From Adineta vaga (taxonomy: Eukaryota; Animalia; Rotifera), in the NCBI GenBank assembly GCA_021613535.1, contig CP075493.1:9982001-10046000 (forward strand): DNA of 64,000 bases, read 5' to 3'. The translations under genes were made by a program, and so were the position numbers. This document shows positions 12,924-26,769 of this stretch, piece by piece. The notes beneath the pieces were generated by a model. It made no database searches. It was not told where the DNA came from and worked only from the letters and a program-made list of their open reading frames with translations. How positions within the stretch are numbered: the stretch's first letter is position 1; every line of letters starts with the position of its first letter.

Positions 12924-15171
12924 TTAAATCATTTGTTTGAATAGAATCATGATGCAAAGAAAGAATTGAAGAATAAAGAAATGTTTTGTCGATGAACTTG
13001 AAGATTTTTCATGCATTAATAACGAAGAAGGCCCATGAATAACACATCGTTCTAAGTAAGAAAAAGTATGAAAGTAAAAAAAAGAAGAATAAACAGTGTT
13101 ATTTACCAAATTCTTCTAATAATATTGGTACATAATGTTCCCAAAATGCACAATAATCGGCGCGATGAGCAATACCGGTTGATCTATTCATTGTATCAAG
13201 CACAATGTGTGCTCGCTTCGGATAGTTGTAATGTGGCCAATCGTAAACAGTAACATTAGAATCACCATTTGGATTTCTATGATTTAAAAAGCGACTATAT
13301 GTTTCTTTATTCAAATTAATCATCCATTCTTACCCATATTTCGAAAAATTTGTCCAATAACCCATTATTCTTTTTGCTAATTGAATTTCTTCATATTTAT
13401 ATAATTTACTATCAGTTGCATTGAGAGGTTCGCCAAAGACAAACATAATTTCATCTCTAATGAACGAAAATACTAACAGATAAGAAAAGAAACTATTGTT
13501 TCTTCTTACCCATGCATAACACCTGTCCATGCATTCCAATCACTCGTTGATGGTCTTGCTATAAAATGATAGAAATAAATCGACATATTCTGTGCAGCAT
13601 AAGCATTGGCTACAGCTACCGTTGGACATGTAAAATGTGCATCACCTACAGCGTAACTTAATACAACTGCATTTCGAACATTATCGGACCAATCCGACCA
13701 ATCTGTATATTTTTGAATTAATGATTGATAGATAATTCGAGGAGTTTTATATGGATAAGATGGTATGTAATTATAATAGAGTTCAAGATGCTTGATAAAT
13801 GTAGTATAACTTACATCAGGCACAGCATTGCCTGGAGTTTTATCATTACCTTGTGCATAAACCATAAAATAAGAGCCCTCATCACGATTGGCACCCAAGA
13901 GAAGCGGACATTTCTATTGAAGGTGAAAAATTGCGAAATTCAAAAAAAAATAAACAAGAAACAGATTAATTCATACTTTGAAATTTCCATTTTTTAACAT
14001 GGTTATGGGATTTTGCGGTAAAAATGTTCCATCAATCACTGGCATAAGAAGAAAAAACATTGGACCACCATCTTGAATAGTATATTCAGCATTTGTTATG
14101 TAAGCATAATGATCTTCATCAAAAATAGGATAATTCAATGCACATTCAAACATCGCATCAATATCACCAACATTTGATCCACGTTGACAAACTTCAGGAA
14201 TTTTCTCATGTTCATGTTGATGTTGTCCATCAGATAAACGTTTCGTAACAAGTGAATAAAATTCAGTTAGATATTTATGTGAACGTCGACGTCCTTCTTC
14301 TGCAGTTATATATGCCCAACTACAAGTGGGTCCTCCACTTTGTAGAATCGCATTGGAAAATAATGATCGACTGCGTGGTGATAATAAATGAAAACCAACG
14401 GATACAGCACCGGCTGATTCACCAAAGAGAGTAATTCGTTGACTATCACCTCCAAAAAAGCCAATATTATGTTGAATCCATTCTAAAGCAAGAGCTTGAT
14501 CATATAAACCTTGATTCCCTAAAAGAAAATGGGTACATGGAAAATTTCTTACGGTAAAAATAACTCATTTTAAATAGAAATTCTCTCTTACCAGGCGCAT
14601 CTGGTCGATCAAGAAATAAAAATCCAAAACTTTGTAAACGATATTGCATCGAAGCCACAATAACATTATTCGTTGCCGCTAATATTCGTCCATCATACAG
14701 ATCTAATGCACTTGAACCAGTTACAAATGCTCCACCATAAATCCACACTAATACAGCTAGTGGTTCAGTTGTTTCACTACTACTTACTGGTGCCCAAATG
14801 TTTAAATATAAACAATCTTCACTACAATCCGTGCTGGGCGACCAAATTTTTTCTGCTTCAAGATTATAAACAATTTGTTCAGTTTGCCAACAAGTTGCTG
14901 GAAATTTCGTAGTATTAAGAATACCAGACCATGGATCAACACGTTCTGGAGCTTTAAAACGACGTTTACCAATCGGTGGTTTAGCAAAAGGAATACCTAA
15001 CCAAGCACGAACATGATGAAGACGTGGTGAATCAGCTGTACGAAAATATGAATCAATTCCACGGACTCGACCAGTATTTGTCGAACGAATCAATGGATCA
15101 GATGATGTTGAAAAGGAAAAGGATGAGTTAAGAATCAACATCATTAAAAGATTTATTTTTCGAAGAAACAT
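12924..15171 (-). CDS. ACHE: Acetylcholinesterase (type-B carboxylesterase), signal peptide and GPI-anchor-like C-terminus
   Basis: GIPFAKPP, SEDCLYLN, choline-site Trp (KIWSP), FGESAG (catalytic Ser), NRDEG (Glu), WTGVMHGDEI (His), CAFW, then a free Cys and a hydrophobic tail. Several short introns. Confidence 0.88.
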
Positions 15172-16830
15172 GATCGTTGATGATGGTTAGCATACCGTCA
15201 TTCGACGTTTGTCGCTGAAACATTCGACAAAGTATCATCGGATGGCAATTGCATCGACGCTTAGCTTCAATAGAATGTTGATAGGAATATGCAATAAGAA
15301 CGATAATGCAATTGAACGGTTGAATTAAAATTAATAGAATAATGTGATTAGAGATTAGCGTTGATGTTGTTAGTGTTTGTCGTTTTCTTAGCAATAATAC
15401 ATGAACACAACAACACTTGTCATACATTGATACTGAAGTTGATAGGTACACATTGACAATGATGTTACGATGACTACATATGGATCAATACATGAAAAAC
15501 AAGAACAAAAGTTAGTTTGTGTTAAATACAGATATATTTTTATTGAAATCTTCTATCAATGATGATACTAATCGATGTTGACAAGAAACTCTGGATAGAA
15601 GAGAAAGAAAAAGAGAGAGAGAATGATTGAAAGAAAGAAATTTTTTCTATGCAATTGACTTGTTAGTTCCTATCAATTATTCCACATACCTGATTTTTAA
15701 AAATGTGAATGCAAGGATTTGGAATATCGATGAGTGCACTCTGATGATAAAAAGTGTCCAAAAGACAGAAGGATAGAGAGAGAGAGAGAGAGCGAAAGTC
15801 AATGTCGTAACGGTAACGATAGGAGCAACAATAGTTACAAGAAGAACGGATGAAGAAAAACGGAATTGAATAAGAGTGGCTCTTTCCGTTTTCAGTAAGA
15901 GCAACTAACAAGAGACTTCGTTTCTTATTCTCTATCTTCTTTCTTTAAGCGTCTATACTTAAATTCAATTATGCACCTAGACATCTACATGAATTTTAGT
16001 ATATTACAAGATGTAATAATAAAAAGTTAACAAGTCTTTGATATTACCAAGGAAATGCTCTTTTTTGAAATCACTCTGTCATTACTATTTTGTAATTCTT
16101 CTTCTGTTATCTTTTTTGTCTTCTCTAGATAAAAAATTTAGAAGTTTTCTTTGTCCTTCCCTTACGGCCATGTAGATCAACTCGTTTTTGCTGATGATGA
16201 TATTTCCTTTTCGGAGAAGAGGTTTCTCTTTCTTTCTCTCACTCTTTTTTCTTCTCCCTATCGTTGCCATCATCGTCTTTCTTTTCTAGTTGATTGCATT
16301 TTTGCTTCGTTTCTCATACAATTTCTTCTTGTGCTCACATCCTTTTCGCTACTCGACTCGTCTTTCTATCTTCTATTATTGAAAAAAGAAATAGGAGCAG
16401 ATTTCATCTTGTCTCTCTACTCACTACTGATCGTTATATCTATATTCAAACAAATGGAAGATCGAATGAGTATACAATCAAAATAAATCCTAGGACATCG
16501 TTATTATAGAGAATGCAGTGATTAGGAAATGCTATTTGACATCTTGACAAAATAGAAGTGTAGAAAACTATTTATTACAAAAAAAAAGAAAATGTGCCTG
16601 TGAAAATAGAAAAAAAAAGAAGTGTTACTGGTCTTCACTGCCGTAGGGACTCAAACGGACGACATCGACAAACATACATCCGGCAAGAGAACTATTTATT
16701 ATATGTATGTTAACGAAGCGACAATGATGGCCCGAAAGAAACTATGTTTTCTATACCCTTGAAATAAAACTAATTGATTCAAGGTTAATTTTATTCAAAA
16801 AATAAACAAAAAAAAACGATATGATACTTA

Positions 16831-16885
16831 CATTGATTTACTGATCGCGCCTTGCCGCAGTTGATGATATTCTGTTTTCTTTGAT
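16831..16885 (-). other. Isolated exon, probably 5' UTR of the AChE gene
   Basis: Strong acceptor TTTTCTTTTTCAG and donor GTAAGT flank about 55 nt between the permease and AChE. Further donors lie at ~15688 and ~17372. Confidence 0.4.
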
Positions 16886-17929
16886 TCTGAAAAAGAAAAT
16901 TGATGCATATTAATCACTTTTTTTTCTATTAAATATCGATGATATATAAAGACAGACTTTTCCTTTGCAACAAGACATTTTCTATATTCTTTCGAATGTA
17001 TTCTCATCCGAAACGAAATTCTCCAATCTAATCGATAGTCTCTAGCATAAATATAGGTTTTAAGACGATAGGATATTTACAAGTCCCCGATGGATTGATA
17101 AGTGCTTTCCGAAAGCTTTTCACAATGTCGGTTTTGCATTGAGTACGTCGCATATATCTGTGGGAGACAATTGTATTGATGAGATAAATTTCAATGAAAA
17201 TGTTCACGAAAAAGAACTATGTGTGAATGAATATGTTCATGTGTTAATCTAATAATCAATTACAAGAAAGAATTTTCTCGTATGAATATCAAATAAGGCA
17301 TTCAGAAGGAAACAAAACTTATTACTATGACAAAATCACGTTGTCTAACAGTGAATCAGGAAGCATTCTTACTTGAATATGTTCAAATTAGCTACAGCAT
17401 TCTAAATAAAGATATACCGAATGAATTTAATTCCAACATGTTTTTACATGATAATAAGTAGAACAATAAGAAAATGTAGGAACATCTAATCGACAAATGG
17501 ATGTGCTCATCAATATTGTATGAATTGTTCATCGTACCTTTGCAAACACATGTTTGTTTGACGTAGAATGTTAGAAAGAATTTTTGTGACATAGAAAATT
17601 TTGAACAAACTATGCGTATATATTTTCTGAAAAGTTGAAAAAGGAATTTAATATTGACCTATATAGTGCATATGACATTGATTTCGACTAATTTCCGGAG
17701 GAATAAAAACAATTGATGGATGAATTCTTAGATCGATAGCGGATCTCATGTCTCCAATTACTTATAATTATATGCATTCATGAATTATAAAGAACGGTTT
17801 TTCAACATCTATCAAAAAGACTGTGATCTCTCTCCAATCATATTCTATGAGAGAAAAAACGAATTAGATTGAAATAATTTTTAATTCAGATATTTATATA
17901 TAGACATACAATTGAGAGTATTTTCTAAT

Positions 17930-19817
17930 TTAGAATGACATTGTGATTATATTCGATGTAGATTCCATGTTCATTTGATTTTCTTGTGATGATTCTCCTG
18001 TCGATAGATCAGTTCGTTTAGGACCAACAAACCAATGACGTGCCGAAATCAACCAATAACTTGTAGCAAGAACGAATATTCCAGTAACAATAACGATTGT
18101 ATAATTCATATTATCTGGTGTCACAGGATATTCAGCTGGGAAAAACATAAATATTGATGTGATTATCAACCATATAGATGAAATAATTGCAATAGGTACA
18201 CCAAATCGACCTAAATTAAATTCTCCTAATGGAAAGTTTTTTCTAGCTGATGTACAACGAAAAAAGATCGGTATCAAATAAGATATTTGAAAGCCAAGTG
18301 TTGCTATAGCAATTATATCGGTAAATGCTGTTGTAGATGCTAATTGCAATAGAAGAAGAAGACTATCGATGAGAAATACGAAGATAATATTTGCCAATGG
18401 TGTTTGTGTTCTTACATAAATCCAACGTAGATAGGATGAAAATGGAAAAACACCATCACGAGCCATTGCGAATCTATACGTATGAAAGAAAATCAAGATT
18501 AGATCTGATATGATTTATATTTTATTACATACCCGATTCGACTCGTTACTGTAATTGAAGACATTCCCGCAAAATAAAGATTAAGAATAAGAAGAATAGT
18601 TAATGCCATTGCACCACGTCCAGCTGCAGCAAGTTGATACGTTGAAACAACTAAACTCATAGTTTCATTATCATCACTATGACTATCAATAAATGCTTCA
18701 ACGTTTGGTATCGCAAATAGAAGAGCAAGTAAATAAATAACACCAACAATTGCACTACATACACATGTACCAACAATTCCTTTCGGAGCTAAGAAAAGTA
18801 AAGAAAAGAAATTTTAGAACTTCTGTTTATTACAAGAAACTGACCTGCTCGACCTGCACCTCGTGTTTCTTCTGCTAAATGAGCGCCAGCTATTTAAAAA
18901 AAGAAGAAGAACACAACAGTATTTCTTTTGAACAAATTCATTCTTTTGTTTTGTTTTGTACTTTACCTTCATAACCAGAAAATGAAAATAATGTTGAAAG
19001 AATACTGATACAGCATACGTAAGCGAAAGAAAAACCTGTCCCATTATATGTTGACGTAAACACATCATGAGCAGTTGCTCGTTGTGGAGCCATCGTATAT
19101 AAAACAATAACGATCGCTATTGAAGATGCAATTTGAAAGAAAGCAGCTAAGTTATTCAACCATCCCTGTTGATCAATACGAATTGCATTTTGAGCAGCCC
19201 ATATAAATGTTATACCAATACCAATCGCTACTTGAATACCAATACTTAATGATGGTTGACCATTGAGCATGATTGCAGCATTAATAATAGTAGCAAAACC
19301 AGACGAAAACGCTGCATCAGCTATTTATTAAAACGAACGGAAGAATTTCAATTAATGAAATAATAAAATTCTCGTTTACCTGCACAATTTCCAGCAAAAT
19401 TGAACCATCCACAAATAAAAGATGCTAATGGTGCTCGTCGAGCTGATATTAATTGACCAGCCCTGATTGATATAAAAATATATGTAAATAATAGACAATT
19501 TTGATTAGTTACCAATGATACACTGATCCAGCGCTTGGATAAACGGAACAGATTTCTGCTAGTGAAAGACCAATGAGAATAGTAAACAATGATCCAATAA
19601 GCCAAGACCATATCGCTACTCCTGATCCTCCAGTATTTAATGTATAAGTAAAACCAAGGGAAATCGATGCAAGAACATTAACCGCTGTAAAACAGAATGC
19701 AAATGACATCAATGGCGAAAAACCACGATAAAGCTCTTGAGAATAACCCATTTCACGAAGAAGGCGAATATCTGAATCTTCTTCTCGTTCTGGATTCATA
19801 TTTTTGTTTTCCGTCAT
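17930..19817 (-). CDS. APC-superfamily amino acid/GABA/choline permease (ACT family: UGA4/HNM1/BAT1-like), spliced
   Basis: LREMGYSQELYRGFS, LAEICSVYPSAGSVYHW, SAHLAEET-like motif, FAMARDG, FNLGR, MNY and WF.GP signatures. About 12 hydrophobic segments over ~6 exons. Confidence 0.9.
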
Positions 19818-22516
19818 TCTGTTTTACAACAAACTATATCTTAAAAACAAACAATAGATAGATTTTCATACTAAATTATGGGCAATTGCTAGAGGTTACA
19901 TGTAATATTATTCAATCAGAAATGAAAAAAATATAACTGATCGTCACACCTCATTAACCTAGGGAGTGTTGTTCCTTTGAATATATAGAAAAACATCAAA
20001 AATAAATAAAACTTATCTAGATGCAATCTTTACTCGGCAACCTACAACAAAGAAAATGATTAAAATTTTCTTCTTTATCATCAATGGATTCAAAAACAGG
20101 CATGCTGACCGAATGTTAAAGTCATTAATTCATGATTTGTTCTTTCAATTGTGAAAGAATTTAGTTCTCGATGATTTGCCTTCACATTTATTTGATTTGT
20201 TCGATAGAAGAACGAATGTAAATATGTGGACGCGAAGAAAAAAAAGAACCAATTTAGTTAGCCAGTTTGACACGTGTTTTTGTAGAGTGTTGTATAATCC
20301 ACTGTTATTTTACTTAAGTTTTGTCAACCGAACACGAATTCTTTCTTTTTCTTTTTCTTTTTATCAAAAGAAATGATGACGAAGAAAAAGTATAACCAGA
20401 TACTATTTAACTGTCACTTTTCATCGTAGGTAATGAGGTTGTTAGGCTTGTGAGAGGGTAAATATAACCTACGTTCTGGAAGGATCTCCAACAGTGTGAC
20501 TAAAACTTGAGTAAATAGTTATTTCATAAAAACAAAGCCCAAAACTTAACCACCTGCGGTAGTTATTGCTATCAGAAATATTAATAAAATCAAATTGTGA
20601 AACGATGCAATATCAAGCGTAATGACTCTAAAAAGAGAAGAAACTACTAGATATGGAAGGATAAAGTCGATTTATTCTGTTACATCCAAGATATACTCTC
20701 CTTATGTTGAACAACATCACGAAAAATGAGTGAATGAATAATACTCACTGACTTTTTTTCTATTGAAACGATGAAGAAAACAAAAAAAGGTAAATGTTTT
20801 TGAAATGTCAAAGTATACACACCTACATCTTTCGTAAATAAACAAATTTGAAAGCATTCACTCGAAAAAAACATTTTCTTGCAAATAAAAACATTGCGTA
20901 TTTTGAGAACGTCAAAAGTCGACTCGTCCCTAACCAGGTCTCTTTCCAGACCTTTAGCTCATAATTTTTGCTGACTAGTAGTGTTCACACCTGTTGAATT
21001 TACTGTATATGAAGACAAAATTTGTTCCGTGTAATTATCAGCCCAATAAAGATTGAGATAATGATATCAATTGTTCTATTTAACATTCTACTTACTTCTC
21101 AACGACTGATTCCATTGTATTTGGAACTTTAACTATAAGGACCGGAATGATCAATAATGTGTGATAACGATGATGAAATTTCAATTGAGTTGTATTATTA
21201 GTTGAGTTTCTCTGATAAATGAAGCAAAATCAGTATGACTTCAATAGTTTGAACTACAATTGTTAGAATAGATCATGAGATCTTTACTCAAGCGTATATA
21301 AATGTCAATTTTAAATACTTATTCATTCTGTTTACAAGAACAAAATGATCATTTGTTATAGATGCTTTTTTTTAGAAAAATAATCCTTTTCATGCAAAAT
21401 AGAGTTCAAAGAAATCCATCAAATTTGATAACAAGGATAATATACTTTGCTTTACTCGGTTGAATAGCTTAATTAAATATATCAACATATTTTTCTCTAC
21501 AGAGATATTTCGAATGAATTATCATCTCATTTCATGTTAATGAAGAGCTCTCTGTAATCAATGATTATAGGAAACTGTAAGCGTAAATTATCATATTCTA
21601 GATCATAGTTGTTTTCTTCCATTTTTCTAATGGTTAGTAACTTAAAATTCTAGTATGAGAAAAACAAATTTTCCTTCTAATACTCTATCATTTATTTTTC
21701 ATCGCATGCTATCTGATATAAACATATGAAAGAAAAGTGCAATACGAAGAATTCTACATTTCAATCTATTTTTATCTTCAGTATCAAAATTGTTTATATC
21801 ATCGATGAAGGCAAAACATAGAACTAGTTGATTATATCAACTTTCTATTACGTTCTTTCAAGAATCACATGTTTAGAAAATGTTTTTTCAAGCTTGACGA
21901 ACTCGCTAGATTATAATTATTGAAGAAGAACTTCCGCATTTGCTATGAGAAAAGTCTGGAAAGCATAAATATGCTATTCTCAATATTAAAAAAGAATACT
22001 ACGTCTCATTCGAAATAATTGTTCGATAATTAGAAACATCTTTCGTACAAATGTTCCTGACACCTTTTATAATGATCGATCTGCCTCTCTACACTAGATA
22101 TCATGTTTTGGAACTTCTTCTGAGATATGCCCTTTTGTTTGCATGTTAAGTCTTGAAGTAAAACTATTGTATTATGTAGGTTAATATCTATTCTATTGAA
22201 TGTCTAGCTTTTAATTTAGTTCTTTTCGAAGAAATTGTCTACTTCCCATGAGTTTCTAGTCACTTTCATTCAGGATGTAAACTGGATATTTCTAACTAAT
22301 TACTAGATTCATACGACAAATTCTTTTACTATAAAATCACGCATGAAAGTTCATAGAAATGCAAAATACATTAACTGAAAGAAGAATATGACCTACTATA
22401 ATATAAAATAGGATTCTTAAATGTCTAGTGTTTCATTTATTGAGAATTTCGAATATAATTATAAAATATAGACATTTCATTTTAGACAAATATTCCATTT
22501 CAATCATTTGTTAACA

Positions 22517-23660
22517 ATGAATATTATTTATAGTTCTCATCCTCTCTGGTATTTTATCAATGATTTACTTACAATCATTTTCAATCTTATTGGAATATCT
22601 ATAACCACTCTCTTTATTTATACAGTGATTCGTTTAGATCATCCAAGTTATTCCATCGCAACTTTAACAGCATGTAAAACATGTTTAGCAATCGGATTTC
22701 TAAGTTCATTAGTATTATTTAATAGTTGTTATGCAATAATTAATGATTTTCGTGGTATAACTTTTAATGAAAGATTTTGTTTTATTCGTGGTATTATTTT
22801 CACTATACTTTATGTAAATATGTACACAACTTTATGTTTAAAAGCTTTCAATCGACTTCAGTGTATTGTTTATCGTATTCGTCCGGTAACTAATTCCTAT
22901 CGATCTTTGTTTGTTCTTACATTATTTCAATGGATATTTGTTGCAATTCTTGTTTTACCAATTATCTTAAGTGATGGATTTGATTATGATCAAGATTCAC
23001 ATTTATGTTTAGTAACTACTAGAAAACCATGGCAATTTATATTTTTAAGTAAGTAGAAATAGTTTTGTATATAAATTATACTTTTGAATATCATATGATG
23101 TATAGACGAAAAGATTCATCATCTTATCCTTGACTTGTTTGTCCTATCATTAATAACATTCAATGTTGACAAGTCCAATGTCATCGATTGATTTCTTTTT
23201 CTTTTCTATTTTAGTGATTATTTATTATATTTCAATTCTATTCATTTTCAGTGTTTATATTTATATTCTTTATTATGTTTTACATATTTCTCGATTAGAA
23301 CGATATCGACAAAAACGTCAAATGAGACTTCTTCGACGAATTCTTATTCTTCTTTTGATGTTAATTCTTCCTGGAATATTCTACTTGATTTTAGTCATCT
23401 ATTGGATTATTTTCCAATCAATTCCATTATATGTATTTAAAATTAGGACATTAATCGATAGTATTGGATATACTGGTGTAGTCATTACAATATTGATTTC
23501 CAATACACGTCTACGTCACCAATATTCTATAAAACGAAAGAAAAAAATGAATTTAATTCGTCGTGAACAATTAAATATAATTTTATATCAACAACCTCAA
23601 AGAAAAATTACGATTATTCGAACATCTTTTACATTAGAAAAAATGCCTATAAATATTTGA
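22517..23660 (+). CDS. Divergent rhodopsin-like (class A) GPCR, two exons
   Basis: Seven hydrophobic segments, TM3 Cys and NRL at the DRY position, ECL2 Cys, basic ICL3. Phase-1 intron 23049-23214. Confidence 0.75.
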
Positions 23661-25292
23661 AAAAGAAAATATAACTCTTTCTTTCCTTTTCATCGAAATC
23701 TAATCTATATGTCAATGTTCGTTAGTTAAATACCTGAATATGTCATTGCAATTAGATTTCATAGTATTTCTTTCTGACTAAATTAATAATTAGAGATGAA
23801 TATGTTTGACATGGACAACCAAGGTTGAATAAGCAAATAGTGAAGTAAAGTTTTTTCTTGCTTGATCAAACTCGTTTATTCTTCGTGAAGGTGAAACATA
23901 TCAACTTGATTATCTTTCTCTATTTGTTGTTGTTTTCTATCGATTAGTTGCTTTATTCTATCGGACAGAATTACCATCTAGGTAATATATATATAATCAA
24001 CAGATGTTCAATACCAAGGACAATGTTCTTCTCTGCTATGCATGTTATTTGTAAACAAAATAAAGATATATAAAAGAATACGCATATTTTTCTAGGATAA
24101 TGTTATTCAAAGACAGAAAATTGATTCGATTGGGCCATATCTATTTGAGAAGTCTGCAAGAAGAACAAACACAAATCATTTTTCATATTCTCTAAAGACG
24201 TTTTCTTTTGACAGGTGATAATACATATATATGTCTATATATATATGAAGGCAAGAGCAGAAAAAAAATATTTCTTCAAGATTTCTAATGTATTATGCCA
24301 ATAGTAATGTTTTGGTGGCCATGTGTATATTCGACGGCAAAGCGTTTGCGCGTCTGCGTATCCTTGATCGCACGCTTCGTATAAATTGGAGATTCTTTTT
24401 CTTCTTCTCCCTCCTCTTTCTTTCTCTCTCTCTCTCTTTCTCTGTCTGTATTACTTTGGTACATCAACATAAGAAGTAACAACTCTTCTTTTTTGTCTTT
24501 TTTTCCTTGGCACTTTTCATCGTCAATTGTCGTATGAGCAAAGCCAATCAGGAACAGAAGGTCTTATCCTTCTTCTTTATACATAGACAACGAGAGACAG
24601 ACGCTTCTACTCGTTTTCTTCTCTATATGTTGTTTTGTTTATGTACGACTCTCTATTTCTTCTTCTTCTTCTTCTTTTCTTCTTTTCTTCTTTGGCTTTC
24701 ATACATCGTCAAATCCCTGTCTGCACTTTATTTAATATCACTATGCATCATTCATAATATCATGATGTTAGTAATAATATTTGCGAGTGATGATAATAAT
24801 GACAACAATTGATTTTTTTTCGAGTTGTGGTTAAGTAAAAGAGAAATAGTTGTTACGAGCTTTTTTATTCATTTCGTAGCGTAGTTGACAACAACACGTA
24901 AATCAAATGAAAAGAAAACAGAAAGACGTATGAAAATTCTTGCGAAAAAAGAAACATGAATTAATTGACGAGCTTAAAGGAAAAGGTCATAATATGTTTC
25001 ATTTTTTTTCTCTTTCGTCTTTTCATTTCGTTGATTAAGTATATTTTCCGCGTCACATATGGAATTCAAAAAATAAAAAAGAACAGAATAACAAATTTGA
25101 TTGAAAAACTTTCTAGAGCTTCTCTCAAGTGAAATAATACTTTTTTGGATATGTTGTTTTTTCGTTTTTCTTTTGCCCTTTTATGACAATTGTATTTGTG
25201 AACACATTTCTTAACAAAGATAAATATATATTTTATATAGGATTTCAGAGGATCATCATCGACACCTGTGATGCTCGTCGTCGTCCTCTTCG

Positions 25293-26769
25293 ATGTCTTA
25301 CCATGTTATTCATCATCCTACTCATTCAAATCCAAATAATTCTTCCAATCAAACAAATATATCACTTCCAACGTCGCAATTCATGCCACGTTATCATTAT
25401 TCACGAATAGTCCCAAACACTACGGAAGTATTTCTAACAGAAAATCCTTCAAATGGACATTCAATAAAACCACCACCACCATCTTCATCAACCACAGTAC
25501 TGACGACGACGAGTAATAATATACCTGGATCTTTTACATCAACATTCATTCCGTTTGTAAGCAATAATCGAACTGTAACGCCAACAATGCGCGAATTTAT
25601 TCAGATACCAGTTAATCGAGAAGATGGAATCATAATTCAACCGAATAATCTCAGCCGATCAGTCCCAATTACTTATATAGCTGAGACAAATACATTACCA
25701 AATCTTGAAAATAATACAAATAATAATATTCAATCAACCTTCACTAGTAAGTATTCTGTTAATAAACAACAAAAAGTAACTTTCTTTTCTATTTAAAATA
25801 GATCTTCTACGACCAAGTTCACGATATTTCCAACATCATTTTATAAATAATAACAATAATTCTGACGAACCAACAATAGTAGCAACGTCTGCTTCACGTG
25901 TACCATCATCTACGCGTCGTTTAAGTCTTTCAGTACCAGTGGTAACGTCAACAAACAATACCGATAATGATACAACACATACAAGAGTTCTTGCATCACC
26001 TGTTCGACAAATTCCCATACGATTTCCACAAACAACTGTTGTTGCATCAACTCCAACAACTAGTTCTCGAATATCTAGTGCTATACTTCGATCATCACCT
26101 TTTTCACATTCGCTTCAACGTCGACGAACTGATCTTGGAGATATTTCATCGATTACAGTCAATAATTCTTCTCAACCCTCATCCGATTTCAATATGAACT
26201 CATCCACTATTTTACCCATTCGTCGAGCTGAAGCAATGGCACGTGAAGCTATACAAAACATAACACAGCAGCAGCAACAACGAAATAGTTTGTTAAATGA
26301 AACGACGAATCGAACATCACCACCTCCATCTCGTCGTGTAATTATCAATTTAAAAAATAATCAATCTGTTTTACTTGATAATCATCAATCAGCATCAATG
26401 AAATTACCACCACTTCCAATATCTCCACGTTCAACACTACGTAATAATATTTATCATATTCCTGTTCTACATGAATTACAAATGCCTCCACATCCATCGG
26501 CAATCATAACCGAACCTTCCTTTCAATCATCGGCTGTAAATAATGGCAGTTATAAAAATGAACTTCGTATGGAAATTCCAGTTACAATTACGACAAGTAA
26601 TGATCAAGAGAATGAAATTCGGTTGAATTCAATGAAAGAAGAAGGTCTAGGTAATAATGAACGTTCTCGATTAACGAATAATACGAATCAAGCATTAAAA
26701 TCGATTTTAAAACGTTCTTCCTCGAGAGAAACTGTTTCACGAAAAAATGTCAGCTTTATGAATGCTTGA
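25293..26769 (+). CDS. Disordered Ser/Thr/Pro-rich protein with repeated IPV/IPI motifs and C-terminal SILK + RVxF PP1-docking motifs
   Basis: ORFs 25293-25796 and 25939-26769 joined by an intron at ~25748-25801. Motifs QIPV, SVPI, SVPV, QIPI, HIPV, EIPV. Ends KSILKR...RKNVSF. Confidence 0.7.

Noticed and set aside
20400-22400. Possible degenerate transposon or gene remnants
   Set aside because: No TIR, TSD or recognisable protein motif found by eye.
3720-24020. Recurrent CCAAGG/TCAAGG hexamers in non-coding DNA as nuclear-receptor sites
   Set aside because: Short and scattered; enrichment cannot be shown without counting.
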